From Barthelona sp. PCE (lineage: Eukaryota): 64,000 nucleotides of DNA. Position numbers and translations under genes: made by a program. The DNA lies in the NCBI GenBank assembly GCA_040285745.1, contig JAUFOR010000006.1:248001-312000 (forward strand). The letters are read 5' to 3'. The notes under the pieces were generated by a model. It was not told the DNA's origin. It did not search any database and saw nothing but the letters and a program-made list of their open reading frames with translations. Position 1 is the stretch's first letter; the number at the start of each line of letters is the position of its first letter. Positions 1 to 11,200 of the stretch are shown here, one piece after another.

Positions 1-6
1 TACGAC

Positions 7-3000
7 ATGTCGAAGGGTTACATCATTAAACGTTTTCTAGAGCATATTGGGAAAGATGTATCGTCCGATAGACTTTCTCGGTTGTTGGAAGAGATGACGT
101 GTATAATGGAGTCGTATGAGGATCTTGACGACGCAATGTTATATGACATTTTTGTGTTCTTACACGCAAGCAAGGATGATAATAACGATGTTATGGAATT
201 TTATGAATTTCTGAAGAACAGATTCTATACGGGTTACAAACATTTCATTAACAAAGCGGGGATCCAGGAGGAAAAGAACGTTACGGAATCGATGAGTAGG
301 AGCTTCTCTTCTGCTTCTATGGTCTCTAATTCTGGATTCATTGGTCTTGATGTACAGTTACAACAGGCATTGAATCGTATCGAGGACGAAACCAAGTGCG
401 TTGACCTGTTGCAGACAATCGATGATCATTTATTACGGTTACCTATTTCTTCATCATTGCAATATCTGAATAATTTGAACAAAAGTATTAAAATTCTAAC
501 TCATTTCTTTATTGATACTACTGATAAACGCATCATCTTAGTTGCATTTGATATCCTCAACAGATTGATCCAGAAGGTTGGTCTAGATCTAATGCCTTTA
601 TTACCGGTTGTTATTGAAGCATTAGTGAATGTGAATATTGGTGTTAGAGGTGTAGTGAACCCGCTGTTGATGGTATTCATTGAGTTATTTAAGTCGTTTA
701 CTCCCAAAGCCGTTCTCAGAAACTTACTTGCCTTAATTCACAGCAAAAATTGGGTTGTTCGTTTTGTTGTGCTCTGCGCATTAGCACAGGGTTTACTGGT
801 GACGGACACCGTGGCAGATATCAACCTATTGATGCCAGTGTTGTTGGAGATGGCGACTGATGAGTTTAAACCTATTCATGAGATAGTTGTGGAGATTGTC
901 GCACATCTAGCAATTGTGTGCAGTGCTACACGCCTACGCCTACAGTTAAGTACAGCCAGTATTTCGCAGAGAGCGTCAGTCATGGAGGGTATCCACGCCC
1001 CGCATCGACTGCAGACGGTTGTTGATTCAGGCCTTTTAGACACAAGCATCTTTGATTTGACAGGGTTGGAGCAGCGAAAGCAACGCCAAAAGCAGAAGAC
1101 AATGACCCCATTACAGCAGTTTAGGAGGAGTCATTCAAGGACAAAGATACGTGAGTCTCCATCACCTGTTGCAGTTCAACCTCAGCAGCGCCCTTCACCA
1201 ACAGATGTATTCTCGCATAGAAGTCTGCCACGTTCGCCAAGTTTTGAGAATGATTTGGATGAAGGAGAGAAGTTCACCATTAATACCCTTATTTCGCCAC
1301 TCCGAAAGAAGTCATCTCCCTTGAGCAATGAGCAAGAGATGGAACTGTCCCCCCGGTTTACACCGCTGAAGGAGAAGACCCCAGTAAGACAGATCAGGGA
1401 GCCTGAGAGTCCAATGCCTGTGATTCCTCATATAGCACTGGAGGAGAGGAAGAAAGCAGAGCAGAAGACGCCCGAGAGGTACCAGGAGAAGTCAGATGAC
1501 TTCGAGGACCTGTTCAGGATAGCGAAAGAGAAGCAAAAGACCATTGATAGGAAGAAGCCTGAAGCAGTTATTGATGATCATTATAGGATAAATAGCGGAA
1601 AGCTGCTAGAGGACGATGACAGAGTCGTGGACACGTCCATCCTGTCGTCCAGTCTTGCAACACTCAAAACTAACCGAACAATGTGGAGTTCAAGGTCAAG
1701 CAGGCGTTCGCAACGCGTTTCAAATTCTGCCGGCCGGAAGACGCGCCGCACATACACACCTAGTGCGAGAAACAGAAAGATGCCTGATGCGCTGCAAAAT
1801 CTTCGGAATTCACCAACAGTAGCGACAGCTTCAGTAGTATCGTCTTCAGTAGCTTCTAGCATCGGTGATCCACATGAAAGTCATGAATCTGCACCGCCGG
1901 TGATGCAGACGAATGTGTTTGGGATGACAACACCTTCAAAAACAAATATGTCGAGTATTGCAAGTATTAACTCCTTGAAACTGGATGATCACGAAAAGAG
2001 TAACACCTTTCCACCAGTTTCACCCGCAAGGAGGACGCGCATGCAGTCTGCAGACGTGGCGTTGGGTTCTCACATGCATAAGTCACAAACATCGAGGGAA
2101 TCGTCGCCAACACAGAAGATTCCGAAGCGAAAAAGACCTTTTTCAACAAAAGGCACGACCAGGGGATTGGCTAACTCTATTCACCAAAGATCCAAACACT
2201 CCACGCATTTTGAAAAAGCAAGCACCACACTTTCGAACAGACAGTCAGTGGAGGAGATGCATTACGACGACCTCCCAGAGCTCAGAGATGCTCGCGGGCT
2301 CGTAATGCAAGCCATGCATGAGATGAATTTACCGCTGAAGGAACAGAACTGGAAGAGCGTGTTCCATGGCGTCACCAACATTAGGTGTGTTTTGAAACAC
2401 GAGCCTGGTATGCTTAAGAACCAGCTTACAGACGTTATCAAGTGCCTAGTGCAGCAGACGCAGAACTTGAGGTCCACGATTTGCAAAAACGCAGTGGTTG
2501 CTCTTGGAGAAATGTGCATGGCATATCAGCGTCGTGTTGACCAATTTGTGGATCCTATTCTCCGAGCACTGTTAAGAAAGGTTGCAGAGGGCGGATCATC
2601 GTTTATTTCTGAGGAAGCAGACCATTCATTACAATTATTAATCGAGAATTGTTCACCTTCAAGAGTGTTCCTCAGTTTATTTAACGGTATTAAGACTAAA
2701 AGCTCACAAGTTCGTTCAAAGATTGCTCTTTGTATTGATAGATGTATATTACAGGTTGGTGAAGAAATTGAAAGTTACCAACACTTTAGCAGATTGATAA
2801 ACATTACATCTCGGTTATTTGTTGATTCATCACAGGATTGTCGTGCATTTTCACGAAAATGTTTCATGAGTTTGATCAAATTAATCGGAACTGAGTTAGT
2901 TGCTGATGCTGCGAACAAGTTTGCTATCCCAGATGCTCTCCCAAAGATTTTGGGCGTCGTCAGTGATGTAGAGAACAACGGTAGTTTTGATAAAAGCCCC

Positions 3001-3783
3001 GCTGGTAAGAGTTCGACTCGTGTTGGATTTAATCCTGGTGCACAGCCACATTCTGTTCGTCGTACAAAGAAACGTGTGCAAAGTGGTCGGCAGTCAGCTG
3101 GTGCTAGGATGTCGGAAGAGGCGAAGATGGAGTTTAAAAGAATCGTGGTTGGAATCCAGGAGCGTGATTGGAGAAAGAGAATTTCGTACCTCTCAATGTT
3201 GAGCGAATTTTGTGAGGCTAATGCGTTACCAGACAAGATCACTCCTCGAATTCTGGATATCCTCAGTGATGGTCTAAGTGATGGTAACGCCAAGGTTCAA
3301 ACACATACATTGTCGATCACTCCAGGAGTTCTGAGCAAATTAAAGAATCTTAGCAAGCATTTTAACTTGATATTGCCAAAATTGTGTGGTCTCTTTACAC
3401 ACAGTAATCGGTTTATAATTGAACAAATCAGTGAATTATGTGATGCGATTGAATCAGGTGATTATTCGGTCTCTAAAGCGTCTATCATGCGTAATTACTC
3501 CAGTACTATTCCCTCTTTTAACACAAACTTACAAGCTGTGATGCTTGAAAGGTGTACTGATTTTGTTGAGATTGCATTTGTTACAGACAGTAAGGCGGTT
3601 GCACAGTATGGTGTGGCGCTCGCTATCCGAACTATGAACACAAAGGGAGTGTTACAAAATGCCAACCGCAATTTTGTTACAGCTTTGTTACAGTTGTTTG
3701 GTGAAAAGAAGCTGCTTGGCATTGTTAGAAAGCTCGCTCCGTCCGCATTTGAATCGTTTGGACAGCTGTTGAGCAGATTATAG
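7..3783 (+). CDS. TOG/HEAT-domain microtubule-binding protein (CLASP / TOGARAM-crescerin-like)
   Basis: 1258-aa ORF. HEAT-like blocks ('HSKNWVVR', 'NLRSTICKNAVVALGEM', 'RDWRKRI', 'LSDGNAKVQ') are separated by long Ser/Pro/Arg-rich linkers, as in multi-TOG proteins. The start is close to the window edge. Confidence 0.7.
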   Translation: MSKGYIIKRFLEHIGKDVSSDRLSRLLEEMTCIMESYEDLDDAMLYDIFVFLHASKDDNNDVMEFYEFLKNRFYTGYKHFINKAGIQEEKNVTESMSRSFSSASMVSNSGFIGLDVQLQQALNRIEDETKCVDLLQTIDDHLLRLPISSSLQYLNNLNKSIKILTHFFIDTTDKRIILVAFDILNRLIQKVGLDLMPLLPVVIEALVNVNIGVRGVVNPLLMVFIELFKSFTPKAVLRNLLALIHSKNWVVRFVVLCALAQGLLVTDTVADINLLMPVLLEMATDEFKPIHEIVVEIVAHLAIVCSATRLRLQLSTASISQRASVMEGIHAPHRLQTVVDSGLLDTSIFDLTGLEQRKQRQKQKTMTPLQQFRRSHSRTKIRESPSPVAVQPQQRPSPTDVFSHRSLPRSPSFENDLDEGEKFTINTLISPLRKKSSPLSNEQEMELSPRFTPLKEKTPVRQIREPESPMPVIPHIALEERKKAEQKTPERYQEKSDDFEDLFRIAKEKQKTIDRKKPEAVIDDHYRINSGKLLEDDDRVVDTSILSSSLATLKTNRTMWSSRSSRRSQRVSNSAGRKTRRTYTPSARNRKMPDALQNLRNSPTVATASVVSSSVASSIGDPHESHESAPPVMQTNVFGMTTPSKTNMSSIASINSLKLDDHEKSNTFPPVSPARRTRMQSADVALGSHMHKSQTSRESSPTQKIPKRKRPFSTKGTTRGLANSIHQRSKHSTHFEKASTTLSNRQSVEEMHYDDLPELRDARGLVMQAMHEMNLPLKEQNWKSVFHGVTNIRCVLKHEPGMLKNQLTDVIKCLVQQTQNLRSTICKNAVVALGEMCMAYQRRVDQFVDPILRALLRKVAEGGSSFISEEADHSLQLLIENCSPSRVFLSLFNGIKTKSSQVRSKIALCIDRCILQVGEEIESYQHFSRLINITSRLFVDSSQDCRAFSRKCFMSLIKLIGTELVADAANKFAIPDALPKILGVVSDVENNGSFDKSPAGKSSTRVGFNPGAQPHSVRRTKKRVQSGRQSAGARMSEEAKMEFKRIVVGIQERDWRKRISYLSMLSEFCEANALPDKITPRILDILSDGLSDGNAKVQTHTLSITPGVLSKLKNLSKHFNLILPKLCGLFTHSNRFIIEQISELCDAIESGDYSVSKASIMRNYSSTIPSFNTNLQAVMLERCTDFVEIAFVTDSKAVAQYGVALAIRTMNTKGVLQNANRNFVTALLQLFGEKKLLGIVRKLAPSAFESFGQLLSRL

Positions 3784-3816
3784 CTATGTAAAAAATATTG
3801 ATATTTACATTTTTTT

Positions 3817-6800
3817 TTATATTTCTTCATCACTATCACTATCAAATATAGAATGTGATGAAGAAGCCATCAAGGATGCTCCAATTGTGCATGGTGCACA
3901 TGTTGGCATCTCCTTCTGCTGAACTTGGTTCTCATCATGCTTGAAGATTAACGAACCATTTAAAAGCTTTTCCAAAAAATCCAGAATGTAAACATGCTTG
4001 GGCATAGGGACGTGTGAACCAGTAATGATATAGTCTGCAGCTTTCCTATTTTCCACAATAACAACTCCATGCATAGCCAAAGATATGCTGACAGAGTCAG
4101 GTAAGTCGCATTTAGCGTAAACTCTTAGACCAAAGTAAGGGGCATTTTCGATTTCAAAAGACTGAAAAGTATCCCAATTCTCCTCATTACAAAGTTCTAC
4201 ATTGTATTCTTCAACTCTTTTTTTTAATTGCTCATGGCTCAAGAAACTTTCGATATCATCTAATGTGAACAGGTTCTTGTATGAATCGAGAAATCGGCCT
4301 CCTATCTCTTCCAACATAGCCAACATATCACTACTTAAATGAAGAAAATCAATGAGTGTTAAATCGGTGAATTCCTTCTTTTTCCATCTCCTAATAAAGA
4401 AATCGGGCTTAAATATCGGTATTGATGTATTTTCTTTAACATATTGCCTCAATTGAGCATCCCAGGTTGGAGAACATATAATATCAGCTAGATGAATTGC
4501 CATAACAATTTCTCCTTCACCACCCCGAATTGCAGTCATCAATTCCTGCATATCAGAAGTGCGAACTTTGTTGGAAATATAAACTTTCTTATATGAAAAA
4601 AGCGAAACTTTTTCAATTAATTGATTTTCCTGAAAATTCTCCTTAAAGAAACGATCTACAGCATTAAGTCTTTTCTTCGGAGTTTTCCGCCGCTTTCCTG
4701 TCTTCTGAGCCTTCAAAGGAAAGTCCATACCCATGCTCTGTGTATCGATCATATTGTTATGGGCAAACAAGTTTTGGCTAAAATCTTGAGTTAAATTAAC
4801 TGAATTAGCTTGTGTGTTATTATGATTGAAGCTGATATTCATACTCTGCAGTTTTTTAAAGTTGCTGAATGATCTTTTCTTCTCAGTTGGTAGAGAATGT
4901 GTATTTGTGCTTGTTAAACTCATCAACCGACCCTGCTCATTGGTACTATTGAACACCTCTGTGATCTCATCGATGGTCATCGCGCTCAACGGGTTGCGAT
5001 CGTATGTCTCCTTGACACCACGGAATTTTGGGAAAAGAAAAGAAAAACCACATGGTGTCCATTGGCACGGAGTCATTGAATTCGTCTCCACAGTCACCAC
5101 AACGGACTTTAAAGGGTTCAGCAAAAATGTAGGTCTGTCTTCCGCCTTCATTACACCAAGTTCAATTCTGTACTCCGCTTCAACCACACGCAGAGGATAC
5201 CGCCCATCAGGCCCCGGCATGTATGGAAAAGCAATGGCTTCAAGCGTGCGTAAAAAAGAAACATTATCGTTTTGATTACCAACACGACCAACAGTAATGA
5301 AGGTTGGCGTTCCACGGCTCTCATTATCCACAACAGCGACTACGAGGCTCGCTGCGTTACGTGACTGATGTGCTATACCACTGCCTTTCGAATAACCAAC
5401 AACGACACAATCGAATTCTCTTTTTGTTTGTCGATCGACTTTCATCTTCATCCATCCTTTGTTTCGCTCGCTCGGCGCATAGTGAGATCTCGGGCGCTTT
5501 AACATGAGCCCTTCGTCGCCTCGAAGGGATGCTTCCTCAAATCTAGCAAAAACTTCTTCGTGGTTGAGACGTTCATATGGACTATTCCTGAGCCCCTTCG
5601 TGTCAATCACGACAGAATCTAGTATCTCTTTACGATCCTCCAATGGTTTTTGTAGTAGAGTTTCCCCTTCCAGCATTAATATATCGAACACGTAAAAGCG
5701 AAGGAAAATTTTGGATGTTTGGAATACTGTTTTAGTGCTTCCAGACCCGCCAACGATAGATTCTCCTCGTGTTATAGCAAGACCAGCACTTCTAATCAGT
5801 GCTCTGTCAATGAGCTCTTCTGTTCCGCTTTCTGTGGTGTAAGCCATTGCTTCGCAGTCAAAAATTCCGCTTTCACAACCAGAAAGACTGGCAAGGACAC
5901 TTGGTACTACACTATTAAATTCTTCGTTAAAATTTGCCAGTCCACGAGTAAAAAAATCCACATTCGTACCGTTCTTATGGATTTGGACCCTGAAACCATC
6001 ATATTTCATTTCTACAAACATATCTTTATCAAAATTTAACACCTTTTCTCTCATACCCAACCAGTCTTCAGCAACCATCGGTTTAATAGGCTGCCCCAGG
6101 CTTACAGCAATAAGTTCTGTTGGATCAACATCCACGTTAGGGTCTAAATCATATACTTGTTGCAAGCATTGATTGATACTGTAAACACGGAACGCCTGTG
6201 GGTGCCAACCCTTAAAGATGGACTTTGGTGATACTCTGATCTTGAGGTCAAGAAGAATTAGACGGCATATCCAGTACCATTCGATACTTAGCACAATTTT
6301 TTTTGTACCGAAATCTCGCAACAATACTATACGATCATCTTGCTTTTTTGTCTCAATAAGACGATCTAAAAGCATGTTAACCTCCAATACAGTGGGAACA
6401 GACGACAAGTCGGCTTCAGATGTATCACGTGGTACATCATACGACTGAACAACGTCCCTGATGACTGACGGACAGTCTCCCGAACCGTGTCGCGAACTGT
6501 GGTTCTTGTAGCGCTTAATGCGGTCCCTTTCGGACTCAGAAAGGCCAGGGATGCCTCCAGACATTAGTTTGGCAAGTCCAGATTCTCGTAAACCGTATTT
6601 TTGTCTTCTATTCTCGTCTGCGGATGGAACAAGCAACCGGAAAAAGCCAAAACCAAGCGCAGGGTCATCTCTAAAGGAGTTTCTGATGACTGTGAGGACA
6701 TTTGCAATTAAAACATTTCTCTTTTGCTTTTTGCTGCCCAGAGCATCATAAATCTTGCACACATAGCTGAAAGGAACATCCTTACCCCTTAGGGCAGGAC

Positions 6801-6822
6801 TAGTTTCATCTTTCGGCCCCAT
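3817..6822 (-). CDS. LIG4: ATP-dependent DNA ligase, DNA ligase IV-like, with degenerate C-terminal BRCT-like region
   Basis: Motif I 'EMKYDGFRVQIH', motif IV 'EGLMLK', 'SERNKGWMKMK'. N-terminal DBD segments 'FRLLVP..RQKYGLRESGLAKL' and 'EWYWICRLILLDLKIRVS..IF..WHP.A' resemble LIG4. First ATG is at 6822 (the track starts at an upstream GTG). Confidence 0.75.
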   Translation of the reverse strand: MGPKDETSPALRGKDVPFSYVCKIYDALGSKKQKRNVLIANVLTVIRNSFRDDPALGFGFFRLLVPSADENRRQKYGLRESGLAKLMSGGIPGLSESERDRIKRYKNHSSRHGSGDCPSVIRDVVQSYDVPRDTSEADLSSVPTVLEVNMLLDRLIETKKQDDRIVLLRDFGTKKIVLSIEWYWICRLILLDLKIRVSPKSIFKGWHPQAFRVYSINQCLQQVYDLDPNVDVDPTELIAVSLGQPIKPMVAEDWLGMREKVLNFDKDMFVEMKYDGFRVQIHKNGTNVDFFTRGLANFNEEFNSVVPSVLASLSGCESGIFDCEAMAYTTESGTEELIDRALIRSAGLAITRGESIVGGSGSTKTVFQTSKIFLRFYVFDILMLEGETLLQKPLEDRKEILDSVVIDTKGLRNSPYERLNHEEVFARFEEASLRGDEGLMLKRPRSHYAPSERNKGWMKMKVDRQTKREFDCVVVGYSKGSGIAHQSRNAASLVVAVVDNESRGTPTFITVGRVGNQNDNVSFLRTLEAIAFPYMPGPDGRYPLRVVEAEYRIELGVMKAEDRPTFLLNPLKSVVVTVETNSMTPCQWTPCGFSFLFPKFRGVKETYDRNPLSAMTIDEITEVFNSTNEQGRLMSLTSTNTHSLPTEKKRSFSNFKKLQSMNISFNHNNTQANSVNLTQDFSQNLFAHNNMIDTQSMGMDFPLKAQKTGKRRKTPKKRLNAVDRFFKENFQENQLIEKVSLFSYKKVYISNKVRTSDMQELMTAIRGGEGEIVMAIHLADIICSPTWDAQLRQYVKENTSIPIFKPDFFIRRWKKKEFTDLTLIDFLHLSSDMLAMLEEIGGRFLDSYKNLFTLDDIESFLSHEQLKKRVEEYNVELCNEENWDTFQSFEIENAPYFGLRVYAKCDLPDSVSISLAMHGVVIVENRKAADYIITGSHVPMPKHVYILDFLEKLLNGSLIFKHDENQVQQKEMPTCAPCTIGASLMASSSHSIFDSDSDEEI

Positions 6823-6878
6823 AAGCACGAAAAAAGCATAAACAAAATTTTTTACAAAAATTTTTTGAAATTAATGAA

Positions 6879-9800
6879 TTATGTATTAAAATGCAAAACA
6901 AATTCTGCATCTTGTATTTGCCCTTCTTCTTCACCTTCAGAATATTCCTCTTTTGGCCCTATTGGACTATGTTGAATATTTAATGCACTTCTGTGCGGTT
7001 CACTAAAAGATCGCTGTCGCAAAGATGAGTTCAGGGTAGAAACCGAAGCAGTTGGTGCTTCTGAAATGACGTTTGCGTCACTAGGGTAGGCATGGAGTAA
7101 TTCAGAATCATCATATGATGGAACAATGTGTTCATAATTCTCACCGTACTGCTTCTTCAGTTTCTGGATAAGTTGCTCCCTTCTATATGATTCAAACGGA
7201 GTTACATCATACTTTCTATGAGCAGCACGGAACAACTCTCGATTGTCTATGTCGGGCAACATCTTCTTCAATTGCTCATTGGTACAAAGCAATGACGGGT
7301 TGGTTGGATTAGGGGTTCCAGCATATTGCTGATGGTTGACTAACTCTTTAATGAACTCGAAAGTTACCTTCATTGCAATATCTTGGCCAAAGGTACGTAG
7401 AGCGAAGAAAAGACGATGGTGAAGCGACTGAGACTCTGTTGTGACGTGTGGTAAACCCTGCCAACCTTGGATTGCAACACCAGTGGAGAAAGGATGAACA
7501 CCATCAACGAACGAGTTCTTGACAACAACAAAATGAACAAATCTATCAGATTGCTCACTTTTATCATAAAGAGGGTGTAATGTACCCATTTTCATTGAAA
7601 AACCAAAATGTCCATACGGAGGAGGATTTGGTTTTGTATCCCAAAGAGGATGATTTCTAAATCGCATCAACCAACCTCTATAGTTTCTAACGGTCGAAAA
7701 CGAATTACAGTAACCACCAAGCAGACCGTACTTAACAGCTAAACCTATTGAGATTAAAAAGTCATAACCATCATACATCTCATCTTGTGACACATCTAGG
7801 ACAATACAGACACGAGCACCGGCACGGAGACAGCTGATAACACCCATTGTATCTCCGCAATGACCGCCATCACTGAAATGTTGGAAGTCTTCTTCTTGAA
7901 GTTGCTTTTCAAGACGCTCTATTTCTACATCGATTTTGTGTCTTGGCTTACGATTCATTCTTTTTCGGCGATCATACTCGTTGTATCTTTCTTCCTCTTC
8001 CTCTTCCTCATCTTTGTTATTTTGATTATTTTCACTCTTTTTAGGCCAACCATTGGTGAGAGGACCCCAAAAATTCACCATAAATGCATCTTTGCCTGTA
8101 TGAATAGGTTTCATCTGCCATTTACGCTCTTGTTTTCCATTTTTCATACGGGTTGCCCACATACCTAATCTGAAATTGAAGAACGTGTACAAATAATTGC
8201 CCCATGATGAGAGCCATCCTGTCCTACTTGCGACAATGGCAGCAGATGTTGTCATAATTGAACCAACATCCCAGGTGCCTGCAGTTTTTGGAGTAAATGG
8301 TTCTGGGAAACCCTCACCTTGTTCAGTAAGACGGTTTCTAGTGAGTTGAAAGATATATTTAATGCGTCTTCTTCTAGTATCTGTCAATTCAGTAAAGAAC
8401 CCTATTTCTTCGAAGTTAGAGAACGGTTCAGTACAGTTGAAGCGGTTCGTTGCAGTGGGTGCAAAGAACGCCCTCACCAACAGATTACGATACGCAAAAT
8501 GTGGACCTATACTATAGAGATCAACGAAGTTCATGAAGATTAGTGCGATAATTCCAGTAATAGCAATAACGCACAAGCAAGAAAGGATCATTGTGATGAA
8601 ATCACTATCAAAATAGTTGCTTAACAAAGAAAAAAAGAATTGAGCAATTAAAAAATCGATAATGATTGCAAATGTCGAAACTATTAAAACTAATAAAACA
8701 CCAGTAGTGTTAGAAACAAAGAAAGGAATGTACTTCAGGAACGCAATGTTGGCAAGGGAACCGAGGATGATAATAATCACAGGAATAGCTTTTTCGGAAA
8801 AACTTAACTCGAATAGTAGCCATGGAACGAAGGACAACCATATTGCAATCAGCAGGAATGTCAACAAATAGCCAAACTGCATGTCGTCCAGATGTTGGTC
8901 TCTACTAACCTTTGAATTAACAGTGTGACTTGAAAATATTCGTAATAAAAATTGATAAAAAAAACGAATGCATAACAACAACACAATTAAATGATAGCTG
9001 ATATTAAACGTAAGGTTCAAGTACGTAGCAAGTAAAACAATGCATAACAGTAAGATATTTTCCAATAGCAATCGATCTTCTAAACGACTAAAAATTTTGT
9101 GGAAAATAATGATAATAGAATCGATAAGAATCAAAAAAAGAAAACAGGCTGCGTAATGATACCATTCCATCTGTCCTAAATTATTTGAATTTATCCCAGT
9201 TGTTAAGGCACCTAAAGAACATATTGGTGTACCATCATCAAGCAAGGTGTGAACAAATGTACCGTTGACGAAAGATGCACAGGGTAGGACACTTCCCCCA
9301 GTGTTAAATGTAGCAAGAGAAAGACCGAAGAAAAGAAAAGAAAAGATCATCATAAAAAATACAATTTGATATAGGATACCAGTAATAGTGCTGATAAGTA
9401 AACGACCAACCAAAGTTTGGAAACTTAACAACCATCTTAAAGGGAAATAAAAAATATATGGTGAAAGCTGCTCAGCACGATCTATAATGGTACTAAATCT
9501 TTTTCTTATCTCTTTGATAGGATACATACGATTGTTGGCAATACCAACATGATTATCTGATCTACCCTGATGATAATTAAAAACTTCTGCATATTTAGAA
9601 ATTCTTGGTGTCATATCTCGATTACGTTCTATTGGAAATGCTTCATCAGCACTACTACCCATATCTAGATCTGTTTCTTCGAATGACAGATATGAATCCA
9701 AATGTAATTGTGATTCGCTAATATTGATCATCTGACTCGATGCAAGGCTACTATCAGAATAAAATTCATGGATATAAGATGAATGAGGAATTGCTAAAGA

Positions 9801-10385
9801 TTCTTGTGAATTAAAGCTGTTCATAATTTGACTATTACTGATAGATTTTGGTGTTGTTTCAATAAATGATTGATTAGGGGAATAATTTTTGTATTCATCT
9901 TCATTTTGATCAACATACTCTACCACATCTATACCAAATTGCTTTTCCAATGTAACCATATCGTATTCTTCAGTGCGTACGTTCTCAGGTAAAGAATCTA
10001 CATGTTGCATATCATTGTGAGAAGTAAAAGTGGATTGACATTTTTTCTCAAATTCAACAGGTTGCATAGCTCTTAATAGAGCAGCTCCAGCGAATCCACC
10101 ACCAGAAACTGACGCTACGATCGAACAATGCTCAAAAATACCGTTTTCCATAAAAGCTTCCAGTGCTCCGGCACAGAAAACAGCTGATCGAACACCGCCT
10201 CCACTTAGAGCGATAGCTAAAGGTAATTTTGCATCACTTCCGACAGTATTCTGAGAGGGGGATCTTTCCGCAGAAGGGCTTGCGTGTTGTGAGGGTCTAG
10301 CATGATTAATACGATTGTTGATCATTGGAGCGTTAGGACTTTCTCTAGGACCATTGACAGCATCCGAAAGAGGTGCAAAGGCCAT
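6879..10385 (-). CDS. Patatin-like phospholipase with a large multi-pass membrane insert
   Basis: 'ALSGGGVRSA' oxyanion motif, 'SVSGGG' nucleophile elbow and a distant 'SDGGH' catalytic Asp motif, with many hydrophobic helices between them. Confidence 0.7.
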   Translation of the reverse strand: MAFAPLSDAVNGPRESPNAPMINNRINHARPSQHASPSAERSPSQNTVGSDAKLPLAIALSGGGVRSAVFCAGALEAFMENGIFEHCSIVASVSGGGFAGAALLRAMQPVEFEKKCQSTFTSHNDMQHVDSLPENVRTEEYDMVTLEKQFGIDVVEYVDQNEDEYKNYSPNQSFIETTPKSISNSQIMNSFNSQESLAIPHSSYIHEFYSDSSLASSQMINISESQLHLDSYLSFEETDLDMGSSADEAFPIERNRDMTPRISKYAEVFNYHQGRSDNHVGIANNRMYPIKEIRKRFSTIIDRAEQLSPYIFYFPLRWLLSFQTLVGRLLISTITGILYQIVFFMMIFSFLFFGLSLATFNTGGSVLPCASFVNGTFVHTLLDDGTPICSLGALTTGINSNNLGQMEWYHYAACFLFLILIDSIIIIFHKIFSRLEDRLLLENILLLCIVLLATYLNLTFNISYHLIVLLLCIRFFYQFLLRIFSSHTVNSKVSRDQHLDDMQFGYLLTFLLIAIWLSFVPWLLFELSFSEKAIPVIIIILGSLANIAFLKYIPFFVSNTTGVLLVLIVSTFAIIIDFLIAQFFFSLLSNYFDSDFITMILSCLCVIAITGIIALIFMNFVDLYSIGPHFAYRNLLVRAFFAPTATNRFNCTEPFSNFEEIGFFTELTDTRRRRIKYIFQLTRNRLTEQGEGFPEPFTPKTAGTWDVGSIMTTSAAIVASRTGWLSSWGNYLYTFFNFRLGMWATRMKNGKQERKWQMKPIHTGKDAFMVNFWGPLTNGWPKKSENNQNNKDEEEEEEERYNEYDRRKRMNRKPRHKIDVEIERLEKQLQEEDFQHFSDGGHCGDTMGVISCLRAGARVCIVLDVSQDEMYDGYDFLISIGLAVKYGLLGGYCNSFSTVRNYRGWLMRFRNHPLWDTKPNPPPYGHFGFSMKMGTLHPLYDKSEQSDRFVHFVVVKNSFVDGVHPFSTGVAIQGWQGLPHVTTESQSLHHRLFFALRTFGQDIAMKVTFEFIKELVNHQQYAGTPNPTNPSLLCTNEQLKKMLPDIDNRELFRAAHRKYDVTPFESYRREQLIQKLKKQYGENYEHIVPSYDDSELLHAYPSDANVISEAPTASVSTLNSSLRQRSFSEPHRSALNIQHSPIGPKEEYSEGEEEGQIQDAEFVLHFNT

Positions 10386-10635
10386 GGAAAAGAACGAAAA
10401 CTAAAAAAGCGCTGAGAAAGAGGTTTTAAATTCTGAAATCAAATGGAATCGAATGAAACAGCGTTCTAACATTGGGAATGCACATTTAACACATTGTATA
10501 GTCCAATCAGCAAGAAATTCAACCGGTTTCTAACTTTTTTTATTCATAATCTTTTGCTTGGTTCAAAAAATCCCTTGAATACCACTATTTCTTCTAAATT
10601 GGTGCACTTCAATCCGAGTTATTACCGATATCACC

Positions 10636-11031
10636 TTAAAAATCGAAGAAATCACGAGTATCGGATTGATTGAATTGATAAATGCTTGGCTTTTCAATTC
10701 TGATTAATTCTGGTCGAAGGCGACACTCCATGAGATCCAAATAGCTATAAAACTGGGTGCAGTCAATGGTTTGGGGGTCAATATTTTGTTCTGATGTGAT
10801 TTTGTAAATGAGTTTGTTGTTTTGATACTTTACGAAACCCCAAGTCTCTAAAAACTGTTCAATGCTATCATTGTTATATGTGTATTCAGCATTTGGTTCC
10901 ATAATGATCTTTCCTTCAGAAATTTCTGCTGTTTCAGGTGCTGGGAAATTTTCTTGGATAGAGTTGACCATTACAAAGTACCCATACAGCTCCCTGTATT
11001 CGTCCTTAGAGAAAACAAAACCGTATTCCAT
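10636..11031 (-). CDS. Small hypothetical protein (~131 aa)
   Basis: ATG at 11031 follows a pyrimidine-rich leader. Ordinary globular composition, no recognisable motif. Confidence 0.5.
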   Translation of the reverse strand: MEYGFVFSKDEYRELYGYFVMVNSIQENFPAPETAEISEGKIIMEPNAEYTYNNDSIEQFLETWGFVKYQNNKLIYKITSEQNIDPQTIDCTQFYSYLDLMECRLRPELIRIEKPSIYQFNQSDTRDFFDF

Positions 11032-11200
11032 TGATAAGTTGTTGAAATGAAAAAATGAAGTAAAAAGCTTGTATTTACACTCTGTATTGTTGTTATCGTC
11101 AGAAATCTTCAACTTTAATCCGTAAGTCCATCATTACAGTTAAAGACTTAATATTTAGATGTAATCTTTGTGATTTTTCCTTAAAATCTATTTAAAATTG

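Noticed and set aside
11099-11134. Minus-strand ATGATGG...CTGA box C/D-like pair
   Set aside because: Only 36 nt, with an imperfect C box and no convincing terminal stem.
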